This document shows, piece by piece, positions 24,320 through 39,300 of a DNA stretch of 64,000 nucleotides. A program made the position numbers and the translations under genes. A model generated the notes under the pieces. It worked only from the letters and a program-made list of their open reading frames with translations. It had not been told where the DNA came from and did no database searches. Origin of the DNA: Ylistrum balloti (taxonomy: Eukaryota); assembly GCF_031769215.1 (NCBI RefSeq), contig NW_026782626.1, positions 124,001 to 188,000 of the forward strand. The letters are read 5' to 3'. How positions within the stretch are numbered: position 1 is the stretch's first letter; each line of letters opens with the position of its first letter.

Positions 24320-25027
24320 CTAAAACATTTGTATTTTGTATTAAGAAAACAAAATCTCAACCGATTACAAATATTACACAGAGGAAATGCCAAATACAAG
24401 AACGAACCGTCATGAAGCGAAAAAGAAAAAAAAATGTGTGATGACCTTCTGCCATGACCTTCCGAGTCATTGGACATGAATGATCCTGAAAGATAAAAAA
24501 TTGCTAAAGCATTAACACCGCCAGCAAGAGCAAAACCCCTTTTGGCGAGACATCAAATAAAAATAGTTGCACAGCCAGGTTTATTCCATACGCAATTTCA
24601 GTTAATTTCTTCGTCAAAACTAACTTGACAGCTTGAAATATGATAATTAAGTCTTTGTAAGACGACTTCAAAATCCTGGAATTTCGTGTGGTTTTCTTTT
24701 CGTTGTTCCGATGGTATTGTTGCCTAGCAAATTGACCCTCTAAGTATGAGGGGCCCTGCCCTATGCTAACTTATTTGGTACCATCCTTCTGATAATCCCC
24801 ATTATAATGGGATTCTATATAAATACATGTATTACCACAACATTACCAACCCTCAAACTATTATCTTATTCATTTAATTTCTTCTCCTTGCGCCATGATA
24901 GCCTTCTCAAATAAGGTCAACATTGTAACACAACAAGGCGTGAACTCTTGCTTCATATTTGATAACATAGTTTATTAACAGCATCAAAGTTCTATATACA
25001 AACGCATCGTGATCGTATAGTGTCTTC

Positions 25028-26480
25028 TGTTACAATGGCCTAGTACTCTCTGTAAGTTAATCAAGTACAACTTTCTAATGTCTGACATTACTGGCCTCTT
25101 GGCGTCGTCTGTCCCGAGGCACCATCATAGGCACTCAGGGTTTCTCATCACTGCCCAACTCTTAGCTGGTACTGATAACTCCCCAGCTCCCAACTCGTAC
25201 CTTACTCGACTCTCCTCTTACTCTTCTCCACTCCCCCTCTGTACTATAAAACCCTGTCTTTTATCCTCTCTGTAAACTAGATGTATCCAATCACTAACTG
25301 CCCCGTGTGTCGGGTACCTGATTATCTTGTGTTAGTATTACCTAACCCTATCGAGATGTTTACTTGAGATCCTTATGGTATAATTCTAATCTGTTCGGTA
25401 ATTCTCTCTTCCAGCTTGTACCTCCCCTATCAATAGTCTACCGGCAAGACTATTGATAATGTGAGATAGCACAGCCGTAACGTTAATCCTCCCCCACGAT
25501 AACATTGCCCTATTCCCGAACATGAATATACAGGTTTCTAACATAGCATTACTTCTAAAACCAAATAACCCCAATAATTATTAGAAGTCAATTAGTCCAT
25601 TACATAATCAGTTAAATGCTCATGACTTTGTTACAACATCTATATTCATCCGATTTCAGTGATTTAATCTTCGTCCTATTGTGATTTTCCCTTTATGCAT
25701 TATTCTAGTGTTATCATACATTGATATGTATTGTTATACTGCATTCTGATATAATAATGTCTATCTCTTACTTGCATGGTATCCCATCTAACAATGGCCA
25801 GCTCAGTCTAGTTCATTGTTACATATTACTGTCAGGTTATTTATCGAAAGCAACACCATCCTCTGCAAACCAGCCGCCTGGTAAGAGAGTGAAGCATGGT
25901 CAAGTTCAGCCTTAAGATCTTCAACTCTGACCTCCTGGTGACCATCTGTTACCCTACGTATTTGTATCACGTCCTGTTTTGATGTTATTTGTGCACGTGT
26001 TAACGAGGGCAGTGTAGGTCAACTCGCTATGCGGTCATGGTTTTACTTGACCAGTCAGCATAGGCTGATCAGCGGCTTTAGTCGTGATGCTACGCGGTCA
26101 GGGCCTGGATCGACCAGTCAGCGAGGCGCGCATTTCTTCGTGATTTTGACCGCGTCCTATCTTCATCACTCCTCATTTTTTCGAAGTTCCATTCTTTCCA
26201 CACTTTTACGTTTTGTCTTGAGCCAGCTTACATATCCATGCTTTTGTGCTAATTAAACTTATGTTTGTATGCCGATAATTTGTACCCCGCCTTTGTAGTA
26301 CATATAGACTGAAGTTAATATCATTCAGATATATATATTATATAATGACATTGATTGATATTATGCTTGTATATAAAATGTTCCTGTCATTTAATAAATT
26401 ACCATTTGACAACATTTCTTTTCTGTTGTTTTTAGTTTATCTGATAAGCTGCAGTCTCTGAGCTGGGTTACCATGCTAAC
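25028..26480. mobile_element. One or two LTR-like segments (25028-25504; ~25940-26480)
   Basis: TGTTA...TAACA-type termini and LTR-like composition, but no clean TSD and no coding remnant. Confidence 0.3.
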
Positions 26481-26989
26481 ACAAATATAATATATTATTG
26501 TACATTACCGTCTTGCTTTCATTAACCTATACCATGTATATCAATTATTTCTCAATACTGTTAAATGTACTTTATTTAGCGCAATATTTTTTTAAGCGCG
26601 AAAATCGCCAAAATAAGTTTGTTTTATTATTTTTATCAATATGAAAAATATACCTACCCTTTGATCCACCACACAGTAATGTTCCCATATCTTAAATCTT
26701 TTTTACTGTGCTACCCTATTATGGCTGGAAAGAATGCGTCCTTTAATGCTACAAAATAAATAAATACATGTTTGAAAATTGTTAGCTTTGGTTGATCTAG
26801 TTGAAGATTATTTACAAAAACAAAGTTCCATGCTCTAATGAAGAATCATTTACACATTACGTTTCAGTACATACAACACATTAAAATATAAGTTGTTTAT
26901 CACATTCAACACATAATTACTGGTACTGCAGTATCTATAACTTAAAAATAAATCGTATGATTGTTATAAAAACCATAAATATAGATATT

Positions 26990-27560
26990 CATTATCTAAA
27001 CTATGAATATTCATATTCATTATCTAAACTGTATACATACATATTCATTATAAGGACTATAAACATACATCTTCATTACTAAACAATAAATATACATATT
27101 CATCATCTAAACCATAAACATACATATTCATCATCTAAACCATAAACATACATATTCATTATCTAAACCATAAACATACATATTCATTATCTAAACTATA
27201 AACATACATATTCGTTATCAAAACTATTACAATACATTTTCTTTATCAAACTGTTAACATACATATTCATCATTAACACTATAAATGCACATTTATGTCT
27301 CTAACAATATCAACATATGCATTCATTATCAACACTATGAGCATAAATATTCATTATCAAACCTGTAAATGTAAATATTCATAATTAATACTGTGAACAT
27401 TTATATATATTATTAGCACTGAAACCGTTAATTTATATCGTTCACATTATCAACATTTATATTCATTTTCAACATTGTAAGCATAAATATTCATTATCAA
27501 ATTTATAAACATGAACATTCATTATCAACACAATATCGATGAATATTTGTTATCAGCACG
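26990..27560. repeat. 28-bp minisatellite (AAACCATAAACATACATATTCATCATCT), decaying outward
   Basis: Near-perfect 28-bp period at 27109/27137/27165; degenerate copies on both sides. Confidence 0.85.
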
Positions 27561-29399
27561 TTTAATATATATATTAGTGATTACATCATTTGTATTCATT
27601 ATCAGCGCATTAGATATACGTGTTTAATTTCAGTGAATTATACATATGTATTCCTCATATGTGGTTTCATCATTCACATTTATTATCAGAGATTTCATCA
27701 TTCGTGTTCGTTATCAATGAATTAAACAGGCTTATTTGTTATCAGTGATGTCCATATCATAACATCAAGACAAAACAGAATAAACATAATAATATGCACC
27801 TTCATATCAATAAAAAGAAGCCTGAAAATGGCAATTCAAATAATTAGTTCCATTATTATGAACATGTTGATACATGCATACATACCGAACCGTTATCAAC
27901 ATTTCTTATGAAAGTAATATTTGGGTATAATTCATATGCATTATCAAAATAATACAAACACTAGTAAATCAGAAAAAAAACGACATTTTTACTAAACATG
28001 AGGACTTACCATTAATAACTGTACTTTCACGGGTTGGAAGCCTGCATACTACAAATTTATAAACCATTAACACAGTTTGAAAAGAACATACGTTCTGAAC
28101 AAATTCCAGGTATTGCTCATGTCGATCGACTTTTAGCGTACGCATTCACTCATATTCTATACAAATTAAAATATCGAATGACCTACATGACCTAAACGTC
28201 TAAACGTGCCTTCAGCTCTTTGTCAATTACACCGCAGGAGTTATACACACAAAATCGATAATGCGTAAGAATAGAATTTCACTTTACTTATAAGTCTGAT
28301 ATAATTATATGATTATATTACACAACTGCCATTAAAGGAACTGTTTCGTAATCTACTGTGAACAGCCGAAGTTCCTCTTTTAGAATGGGCACCAGTTTGC
28401 TCCGTGTAATTCATGTACGAAACAAAATAACAGTAATGAATATTGACGTGACCGTCGGCTTTATGGCTTAGCTTCAACTGTGAGAGGATTTTTTTAAAAA
28501 ATAAAAATCAACTATTTTCTCTGCGACGAACATGCTTCCATTTTTAAATTTTGTTTTTTTCTTCTTCCTCTATTTTAGAGATTTCCCACCAAGGGATCTA
28601 AACATTTCACTTACATAATGTAAGGCAGATGGAGTTGTCTCCCTTCTATAACCCATTATATGCATATCCATAGCATACGTCCCTTTTAATTCTAAATTGT
28701 TGATACAATTTTGTCATGGGTGTAGAAGGGAGTCATTAATATAACTAGATACAAAATCAACAATATAACACTTAAATTATTGAATCAATAACCCAACAGT
28801 CATAAATGGATTCCTTCCATTAGACATTGATCAAATTACTGTGAAGTTTCGTCAGGATATTTTACAAAACATGTCAGTGTTCCTTAAAAGGCTATCCAAA
28901 AATCATACAGAAAGAATAGGAACGAAATACAAATAACTGTGACTGTAACCATAACATGACATGATTTCGCGTTCAGTATCTAAATTCAACACATTATAAT
29001 ATGTGATCGATTGCAATGTGTATGTTCCATTTTAGTACTCTGTGAAGGAGTTCAGCAGTTTGTGTACAAGAACCCATGCAAAATCTACATATTAGTATTG
29101 TTAACTGATCATGATACAACTAGATATATGTTCCACCTCAACTAGGAAATTTCAGCGCATTTATGTTGCTTACAGGAGTATTCATATACTCAGTACAATA
29201 TGTACTTCGATTATGAGATTTCCTTGAGTCAACTGCACCTATAACATCACGACTGGTACATATATATTGTCAATTGCTCAAATGCCACATATCTCATCCA
29301 CTATTCATACAATGCTAAATAAACAAAAGGATCCAAACAATTTTACATAATTCAAATGTTCAAAACAGAAATTGTTGATAAACTAGCCTACACAAGAGG

Positions 29400-31320
29400 A
29401 GGTGGCCTACCGCGAATCTTTGCCTTTGTTCTGATGTCCAACTCTACAAAAGAAATCCATTTCGCATTTTGAGATGGTTCCCTATTTAGATGTACGAGAT
29501 ATTCAAAGTCCTGTCCTTATTTCCTCAACGCAAGGACACGTTTGACTTTTCTATGATCGGATATGAAGAAGAGAGCCCTGCAGGATCCACATGATCTGAG
29601 TCCCTGTATTGAAGCGGCTTCTGACGAGAACGTTGTGGACGACCAAGAGAACCTAGAATCGAAGGTGGAGTGGACTCTTTCTCAAGACTATCTGGTGATC
29701 CATTGGCAGACCCAGATTCCCTCTTAGGATGTTGATGGGACAGCGGAAGCTTGGGAAACAGATTCCGAATTAGTCTAAGTAGAGTGGAAACCGATGTACT
29801 ACCATTGTTTTCTACAGAAACTGGGCCGCTGGGCTTTCCAGTGAATTTTGAGTGAATTTTGCATCTGTCGTGTCGTTAGACAATCCTTGTCACTGTGAAG
29901 AATTAACACATGTTCTTTGGGTAAAATCAACAGCTGTAGGTTGGTCAAAGTCACTCCCCTGTGGAAGTTGATCTTTATCTGTATTAGAAATGTATACATC
30001 CTGGAGTCCATCATTTGAAACATTTGTTGATTTTACATCTGGAAGTAAATAGCCTGTAGGCTCTGGAACCCGCACAAAAGCAACTTTCAGTCTGTCCTTA
30101 TGTATATCATTTTCTTTATCTAGTAAACGCACTAGATTATCTGATATGACATTTTGTAAAACATATAGACCAGAATAACGTGATTGAAACTTCTGACCTG
30201 GGCCTGAAGGAGTCTTGAGTAAGTATACATAGTCACCTTTCGTGAGATTAAGCGGATGAACCTTTGAATTAGCTCGTTCTACATAGGAGGCCTTGGCTGA
30301 GTTACTTAATTACTTGTAATTAGACAATGGAAAGTGTGGACGAAACCCGAACACTATTTCAAACGGACTATATCCCAATGTCGCATTCACTGTATTCTTC
30401 ACAGAGTAAAAAACAACCGAGGATAAAACTTTGTCCCATTGGTGGTCGTCTTGGATGAAGGGTGTCAAACGCTCCGCCAGTGCTGATATGTCCTCTCTAC
30501 TGAACCGAGACAATGATGCGTAAAGCTTGGTGTATACTCCTACCTTATATCAAGTAGGCGACACACTTCTTCGGTACAAGAGAAAATGAACTCAGATCCG
30601 TGGTCTGACAGGACAGTGCTACATGTTCCGAATAGTGCTATTGCCTATGAGACTGTAACATCGTCTTTATTCTGAATATGAACAGCATAGAGGTTCTTAC
30701 TGAATTGATCCACAGCCGTGAACACATATGAATTTCCGTTCAGGGAAATGGATACTGGCCCATATTCAATTTACCAAACCTCAGATGAACGGGACGGTGT
30801 AGGAAATGAAACTATTCCAGATTTTGTATGCGTCCTAGTAACTTTACGCTCTTGGCATCGTGGACACGATCTTGCATATTCCGCGACACGAGTTGCCATA
30901 CCTGGAAAGTAATACGAATCCTTTGCGCTGTCTACCGTTAGCTGTATTCCCCCATGTTGTGCCATAAGTGTTTCATAATGCAGTTGAATAACAGCCTTGA
31001 TTATCACTTCAGGAAGCACAAGCTGATATTGTTGAAGAGATTTTGTTCTTTTGCATTTGGTAACACACGAATGGAACAAGACATCACTTATAAGTACGTA
31101 ATCTGAACTTTCCATCCTAATCCTCCTTTCCTTCTTTTGAGAAGTAGGTAAATTTCCGTTATGCAGATAGTCGATCATGCAACCATGTTGGGGTTTTCTG
31201 CTGTAATTCCTTGATAGTATTAAGGTCAAAAGATCCTTGTGAAAAATGGTCATGTCATGAATTCTGTCAGACATCTTAAGGTCAGATCCATTATAAACAG
31301 ATCCATACATTCGTCTACTG
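29400..31320 (-). mobile_element. Gypsy retrotransposon integrase region, decayed
   Basis: HHCC zinc domain (H..MAQHGG...YYFPGM...CPRCQ), core (IDFYGP..YVFTAVDQFSK; SDHGSEF), TLGYSPFEIVFG and IHKDRLK; multiple frameshifts. Confidence 0.9.
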
Positions 31321-32229
31321 TTAAGTCAATATGCGAATCACTTACAATATCCTTCCATCCCCCTTGCTCTTTTGAGCTCATAGAAGATTCATACTTGACA
31401 TTTTCCCCTTAACTACATTTGCTTCCAGAAAAGAATTCCTCCTCTGTACTGTCGCTTTCCTTTTAAATGTCTTCCTAGATGATCTATTAAAATATATCAG
31501 CATCATATACATTGGCATGAGGTATAGGACCTGATGGGATATAGCAGAGAGCTATAAACCCCGTTAAACTAAAGAGCATGGTACTGAAAAGCTATGGCCA
31601 ACAACCTGTGGCGAACATGACTTGAAACTATGGCTGACCGGAAGCTGATGGATACCATAACTTGGTCATTCCAGGAGTCAGCGAAGGGTGGGAGATACAT
31701 CACTTGGGCCTTGGGTTCGACTTATTGTCTTACCCTGTACTGTATAGAGTTGATTTATGCAGTCCAGCTAATCCTATATTCTGCAGTTGGATTAACTGAT
31801 TTGGGGTGTAAAGCAGCAGACTGGCATAATTAACAATACATTGTATATGTTATTTCATGGTGCCAGTTAACTGCTTTATGGTCCAAAGGAGATACATGAT
31901 AAGTATGCATTTGATGATACGAGGACCCGAAAAAGGGAAAAGGGATATCATCCCCAGAACCACCCGGAAACCTATGACATTATTATACAGCATGGTTTAA
32001 ACAGAGGTATGCTATCTCTGTAATAATGGGAAATGTCTATATGTCATATAATGAGAGCGACACATGTTGAAATAACTGAACATCAGGATTTAGTTAAATA
32101 TAGAGTTCAGCATCATGTGAAGTAAGTCCATTTGTAATCCTCATTGGAAACTGGTCTACACAGTGCCTGGTGTTACAATATGTGTTCCATAAGCCCCATT
32201 ATATGTTAGGGAGGAGCTAAAGCCACAAT

Positions 32230-33130
32230 AGTACCGTTTAGATGTACTCGCCCTTAACGGATACACACATATTTCCAAGGAAATTGACAAATTTGTTTGT
32301 CACTATGCACATTAATCCGACGGAATACGGTGATTATTACAAATATACTCGCCCTAAATGGGTACACATAAATCCCGGGTAATTGTTGGCAGTCTAACAC
32401 ATTACTACACATAAATCCAATGGGATATATAGTACTAATTATAGGTATAATCACCCTATAATGAGTACACACTCGCATTTCCATAAACACATGAAGCCTT
32501 AGTGCTTCTAAACATCAAATGACGTCATGCATATTGATATCTGAGCATTTTTAGAGAAGGTGATGAGGGTATGGATATATCGACAGTCGTTGTCCGACTG
32601 CCAGTTTCCAGCATCTTGATAATATGATCGGGGACATCTGGCCGTGCTGCTGTAGTAGCAGCTCCTATTCTGAAAGAGTGGTACAGTGAATGATTTAGTC
32701 GTAATCGGATCATTGTCTGTCAATGAACATCTGACAAGTTAAGGCGATAGAATGAATGGCAAAAAGCGGATCCGAAGGATAACAATCTTTAATGTTTCTT
32801 CCGGTGAGCATTCTGATAACCGCGGCAACTGCACATACTTGCTGGTGTGTACGGAACAGGTGAATTATGATCCCATGTCGAAACGGATCATATTTGGATG
32901 CCTTAATGTGCAATGTACTGTCAGCTGTGAATTGATGAATCAAATACGTTAGTGGTGCATGTGATTTATCCACATCTTAAGAATGCGAAGAAAGCTACAC
33001 AGCACGCTGCCTCAAGAAAAAAACACCTTGTCGGAATGCTGTGCTATAGTTACTATAGTTTAGTTACAGACGCGATAAACATATTATCGTGTTTCACTCA
33101 GGTAATTGGAAGTGGCCCATTATTTTTACA
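32230..33130 (-). mobile_element. DIRS/Ngaro tyrosine-recombinase retrotransposon 3' remnant
   Basis: EAACCVAFFAFLRCG, LHIKASKYDPFRHG, HSFRIGAATTAA and LGNW.SD..RYI (after a 1-nt shift) are YR catalytic motifs. Confidence 0.88.
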
Positions 33131-35659
33131 GACATAGGAGAATATCATTACAATTTTCCCCAAACATCCAGTACATCATTAATATAGAAACAAAGAACTC
33201 TAGTTCACATGAACAAAACTATATTAAATTTACAATTTAAATTTCATTATACATCCATGACACTTTCAAATGACTTGATGGATATAAAACAGATTGCGTT
33301 TATAAAAAATAAATAAAAATCACTTTATCTCATATTTGTACAGTTATTAAGTGATACTACGAATGTTGTTTCTATTTGGTGATGTTTCGAATTCACTGTC
33401 TATTAAATGACTAGATTAACATTAAACATTAAAACTACATATCTCTTATGTTGTTTTCCTATAATTACTTTGTATTTAGTAAACTGCAAAGCTAATACAT
33501 ATGTGACTTTAAATGTAGAAACTTAACAACCTTTAATATTACTATCAATAAAGGGTAAATATTTAACAAAAATTCAGATTAAAAAGTTTCAACTTACTGG
33601 TCTATAACATAATGATAAATACAATAAAACCACTTATTTTACATCTACAATGGAAAAAAAAAGTAAAATAAAGATTACATGAAAAATTCTATCTAAATTC
33701 ATCTTTAAAAGTTTAATTTTCAATTTATGGAATAAAACAGCCACAACTGCTGAATTGAAATATTTGATTACTTAAATATTTCGTACAAAATTTGATAAAA
33801 ACAATAAAAATATTCATAATCAGAAATCATGAACTGTAACTTCATAAAATGTATGACAAGTTTCATTTTTTAAAACTCTTCCCTTATAAGTATGAGATAA
33901 AATAAGACAGGTGAAGGCTAAGATGACAAAAATACAGGTGTTGTGGTACGCGAGTACTCGGGTAAAACCATAGTTAATCGTGAAACAGCACGTTCACCTG
34001 TGGGAGAATTCTGAATCACCTGTTTGGGACCTTTTCTAATACTAATATGTGCTGATGTAAGGTTTAATCTGCACTTTACTGTTAAAGTGTTAAGCCAACC
34101 AAACTTGGTTTAATGATATTTAATAACAAGTAAATTTCCGGGGCACACGATTATGGAGGTTTTGTTAAATATAACATTTTCTTCAATGTTTTGATGAGTG
34201 TCATATGTCTGTTGTGATATCTACGCAGAGCTCGAAACATCAGGAAGAGATCAATGATATGTTATTTTAATATGTTGTTTAATTGTCTCTTTCTTTCTTC
34301 TTCTTTTGTATTTGCGTTACTCTACTTTGCAAAATAAAAGAAAACCTATCAGAGTGGCTTTCGGAATGTCTCCCTTGGATCACGCACGCGAATTACGAGT
34401 TTATCTCTCGCAAGCAGTAATAACTAACGCTTAAATAACAACCTCATGTATCTGAAGCGGCACTTCATAGCATTTATAGACAAAAAAATATCAGAAAAAT
34501 TTCGCCCAATTACTGGAGTTACGCATGTTTAACTTCACAAAGAAAATCTTAGCATCTCAGTTTAATATAAAAATTCATCATAAACAATTCTATATCATTT
34601 CTGATGCAACCATATGCTAATCTAGAAAAAAACCCACACGAAAACCTTAACTGTTCTCCATGATATATTGACCACATTAGACTGAGTGTGATAAAGCTTT
34701 TCTTATTCCTCCCCCTCCCCATTATAGTAAATTGACAAATGATGAGTAATTAACATTACTAAGCATGATCTCTGTGTATGGAATTTGATAATGGGGCCTA
34801 GTTTGTGATTAATTTCTATTTAGTTGTGACAGAAATGTATTCTATATATATATAAAATAACATAATCAAAGCCCGGACGAAGTTAAAGAAGACTTCGAAC
34901 ATCTCACCAAGATCAACCAGCAGATCGTATAGAACGTATAGATGGGGCGGCAAGCTCTTCTGAATGATGGAAGAAAAAGAAGACATTTTTATGGCATGCC
35001 ACTCACAGAAACCTTTCTTAAGGAAGATTCCAATTACGTATGATTGTATATATGTACGTGTGACGTATAGATAGCAATATCGGTGACTGACTTGGCACGC
35101 CGATGCCATTAGGATTTTCTCCTGATTTATGCCGCTTTTGTGAATTCTGCATGTAGATATAAGTGTTTCTTTGCTATGGATGGTGCGTGTTTGTGATATA
35201 TTGGCCCTATCATTCTGATGATTGGTATGTCTATAATATAGAAATCAAGTGAAGTTTTTTGCAGTAATTCGGCGCACGCAGAGCCGGGGTCTTGCATTGG
35301 TTGATATGTTGGGCATTTCTCACTACTTCCACTGCTTTTCCCTTCTCATTTGGTAGGCATTCATTATCAATATCGAAAATTGTCAAGGTATTGGGGACAA
35401 GAAAAAACGCAATTATGATTTCTCTTATCATTTTACTAAAGAACAGGAAAATAATATGAAATAGGCGTTGCCTAAAAGCGAGCGCAAGTTGGTCAACAAG
35501 ATGCACATTTTGAACAGCCTGATCCAGGTCTGCACTAAAGCGTGTTTGTTTTTAAAATTGTTTGTACATTTCGCAAGATTTTAACACAACATAGGCACAT
35601 ACAATATACAACAACAACAACAACACATCTTCTTCTTCTAGGAAACAATGCACCATCAT

Positions 35660-35820
35660 GATCAGACTGTGGTTTGGTGGCATAGTCTTGTCTTTCAACC
35701 TAGCCATTCAGGGTTCGATTTCCCGAAGGGATACAAGTGTCCACCCAAAGTTAGACCCCTCACATGCTTACAACAAGTGTGTTTTATAAGTTGAAATAAT
35801 AAAGTTTCCTTATGTAAATA
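35660..35820 (+). mobile_element. Probable tRNA-derived SINE
   Basis: Box A-like tggtttggtgg and box B-like ggttcgatttcc at tRNA spacing; AT-rich tail with aataaa. Confidence 0.45.
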
Positions 35821-36399
35821 AGTCATGCACATACAATTTTATAACATGAAGGCAGACAAAGAAGAACAAAAGACGACAAGATAACGCAAAGCGTGTCATT
35901 ATCCCCGCGCCCCACTGTTTAAAAGAAAGATACACAATCATATATATATATGTTGATATCACGTCTAAGTTTAATTTCTATTTGTTATTTATAATTGTTC
36001 CATACCCATACAAAGTACACGTGTATTGAAATTGATAATTTCTACTAGAGCACTAGCTTGATGCATGTACAAAGTTTTAAGTATTGGGTAATTACCTTGA
36101 ACGGTTTAAGAGAACTGGTCTGAAAAGAACCGAACTTTGTAATTTGGCCTATTTGTTTCCATTGTAACAAAAAAAGGAATTTAAATGGAAAACTTCTAAA
36201 AAACAAAAGTTATTACTTGCTTGATAAGTGTAAAACGTTTTGTGCAATTATCTCGAACGTTTCAGAGCATTGGCCCAGAAAAAAAACTGAAATTTATTAT
36301 GAGAATTATCTATTTCAATGGTAACAGTAAATGTATTAATAAAGTCTTTGACAACATATCTAGACTATAAAAATTGATAAAAAGATAATATTGGGATTT

Positions 36400-39300
36400 T
36401 TTTGGCCTTAGACATAGAGATAGAATTTATGTGGCGACGCCGAGTTTTACGATAGTCTTATTGAAACGGTTGAAGACTTTATGAATAGATATATCGTTAT
36501 CTGTGGTGATTTTAATTTGGTCCTGAACCTCAAACCTGATTATGATAAAAGTTATAAGAATCTCAATGTTCCTAAAGCCAGAGATAAGGTTTTAGAAATC
36601 ATTGATAAGTTTGGCTTGGTAGATATTTTTTAGAGAGCAACATGAAGATATGAGGAGGTACACATGGAGGAAAAGCAATCCACTTAAACAAGCTCTACTA
36701 GACTAACAAATCAAGTATAGAATCTGGCTATCGGCCGGATCATTCTTTCCCAACAATATCCTTAAAACCCAATGAATTTATAGCTGCTAAGGGGGTATGG
36801 AAGTTTAATAATACTCTACTACATACGTAAATATGGTGAAAACTTGTATTATTGAGACAAAAGCTCAATATTGTCTCTCAGTTTATAATATTATTAATTT
36901 AGATAATATTTCAGATTCTGACATTTTGATAGATGATCAACTATTTCTTGAAACATTACTGATGAATATTAGAGGTAAAACTATATCCTACTCAATACAT
37001 AGGGGAAAACAACAAAATATCAGAAAGGACATCCTTAAGAAAGCAGTTCAGGTTATGGAAGAGCAAGATGAAGCAAACATAGTTGAGTTAGAAGCTAAAA
37101 AAGAGAATTACAGTCAATCGGGGAAAAGAAAATCAAAGACAGCATAATTAGATCACATGCAAGGTGGATTGAAGAGGTGGAAAAGCCTATAAGTTATTCT
37201 TGTAGTCTAGAAAGCAGAAACATCACTTCTAAAGTTATACCTAAATTACAATTAGAAAATGGGAAAATAATAAAAAAAACCAGAATAATATTTAGGAAGA
37301 AGTTTATAAATTCGATGAGAATCTTTATGATTCGAATAATGACTTAGATGATATTGACCTGAATGATCTTTCTGAACCGTACAATGTAAATAAAAGTAGT
37401 CCATGTGATTCTGAAAAGCTAGATGGTCTTATCACACTAGCAGAAGCCAGTACAACTTTGAGAGGTATGAAAAATAACAAAAATCCAGGAATAGAAGGCT
37501 ATACTTCTGAATTCTTCAAATGTTTTTGGAAACATGTAGGGAACTTTGTGGTCAGATTTTTTAATTTAGGATATGAAAATGGTTGTTTATCTATTTCTGA
37601 AAGGCGTGGCATTATCTCATGTATTCCAAAGGGAGATAAGCCCATACATTTTATTTAAAAAAAATGGAGACCCGTTTCATTACTTAATGTTGTACATTTT
37701 TATATATAAAATTTCTTCTGCTGGCACAGTAGCACACAGAATAAAACTGTTTTAAATGAAATAATTGACAGGTTTTTTAGTTTCGGGAATGGTCTAATCT
37801 CTTAGGTCAAAACATTACATATTAAAGCTAGTGTTACAATTTTTCAGGGTGGTCTTCTTTTTTTGAAATAAAAAGGGGTTGTCGACAAGGGTCCCAGTCG
37901 CCCCCTATATGTGCCCGAAATGTTGGCAATTAAACTAAGAAACAATGAGAGAATTAAGGGAATCGATGTCGATGGCTGTCCTATACTTCTGTCACAGTTT
38001 GCAGATGACACTTCAATGGCACTTGATGGGTCTGAAAGGTCACTGAAGGAATCAATTACAGAGCTTAACTTTTATGCAAGCATATCACGATTAAAAATTA
38101 ATACAGTCAAACTTCGATAATTCGATATTCAAGGGACCGTCATAAAAATATCGATACATCGTGACTTCGATACAAAAATAGTTCAGTCAAATAGCTGGTC
38201 CACGTAATAGGGGTCCGTATTTAAAAGTTTTTTTCATTATGTTTTAGACAAAAGATAACAATTATGTGTGTATTAATGATTTAAATAAAGACTCAACAAT
38301 CAAAAACAGTTAAATTGAATTTTATTACGACCAAACAACAATAAATAACATGAAACATTCGAAGTACATGGCAATGAAGTATCACACGTAAATGACGAAA
38401 TGGGTAAATGTATTTTACGGAACAGAAAAATCACATGTCACGAAAAGCACGAAATTGGCACTGTCAGTTATTTAGTACTCTTAAACACTATCACCATTAG
38501 CAACCAAGCCATCTCTCTAGAGAGTAAGGTGCGTTCCGCATGTTTTTACAGTACGGTAATTAGTACTACCATAACATCTCAAAATGGCGTCATGTGATTT
38601 GACAATAATAACACTTGCCTCAATTCGGCGTGTGTATGTATCAATCTTTCTAACATAACATATATTACTGTTCAAACTAATTATTGGTCATTGACTAATT
38701 GTATACAAGAGGTGGTAAAATGCCATTGTCCTGATCGACCGTAACGGTAAACAAAAGATTAACGCTGGAGGGTCTCGCTACAGGTGTGAATTTTTTTCGG
38801 TCGACTGACCATCGAGCACAGTGACCACAGGTAAATTTTGATCGATTTATTCATGGTGATTTTGAACGAATTTATATGACTTGTACTGTAGAAAATTATC
38901 GAAACACCGAGAATATCGAAACATAAATGATCGATTCATGAGTAGTGAGTTAAGTACAAATATATAAGGAAAATAGTCGGGACCAAGTAAAAATATCGAC
39001 ACAGCGAGAATATCGAATCATCGAAGATCGATTCATCGAAGTTTGACTGTATTTCAAAAACTCAAGTGGTGTGGATTGGCTTCAAAATTTCAGCACAAAC
39101 CAATTCCTTCCTGAACATAACTTACTATGGGGAAGGGATAGCTCCTGGAAAAGACGATTACTAACCCCTATTGGTAAAATAAACAGAATTAAATCTCTTT
39201 TGGTTTCACAATTTAACCATCTATTTATCTCGCTCCCAAACCCTGATGACAAGTTTGTCTCTACATTAAACTCAGTGCTATATAAATTTCTTTGGAACAG

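Noticed and set aside
34816-35520. Two ~90-aa minus-strand ORFs
   Set aside because: No recognisable motifs or consistent splice structure.
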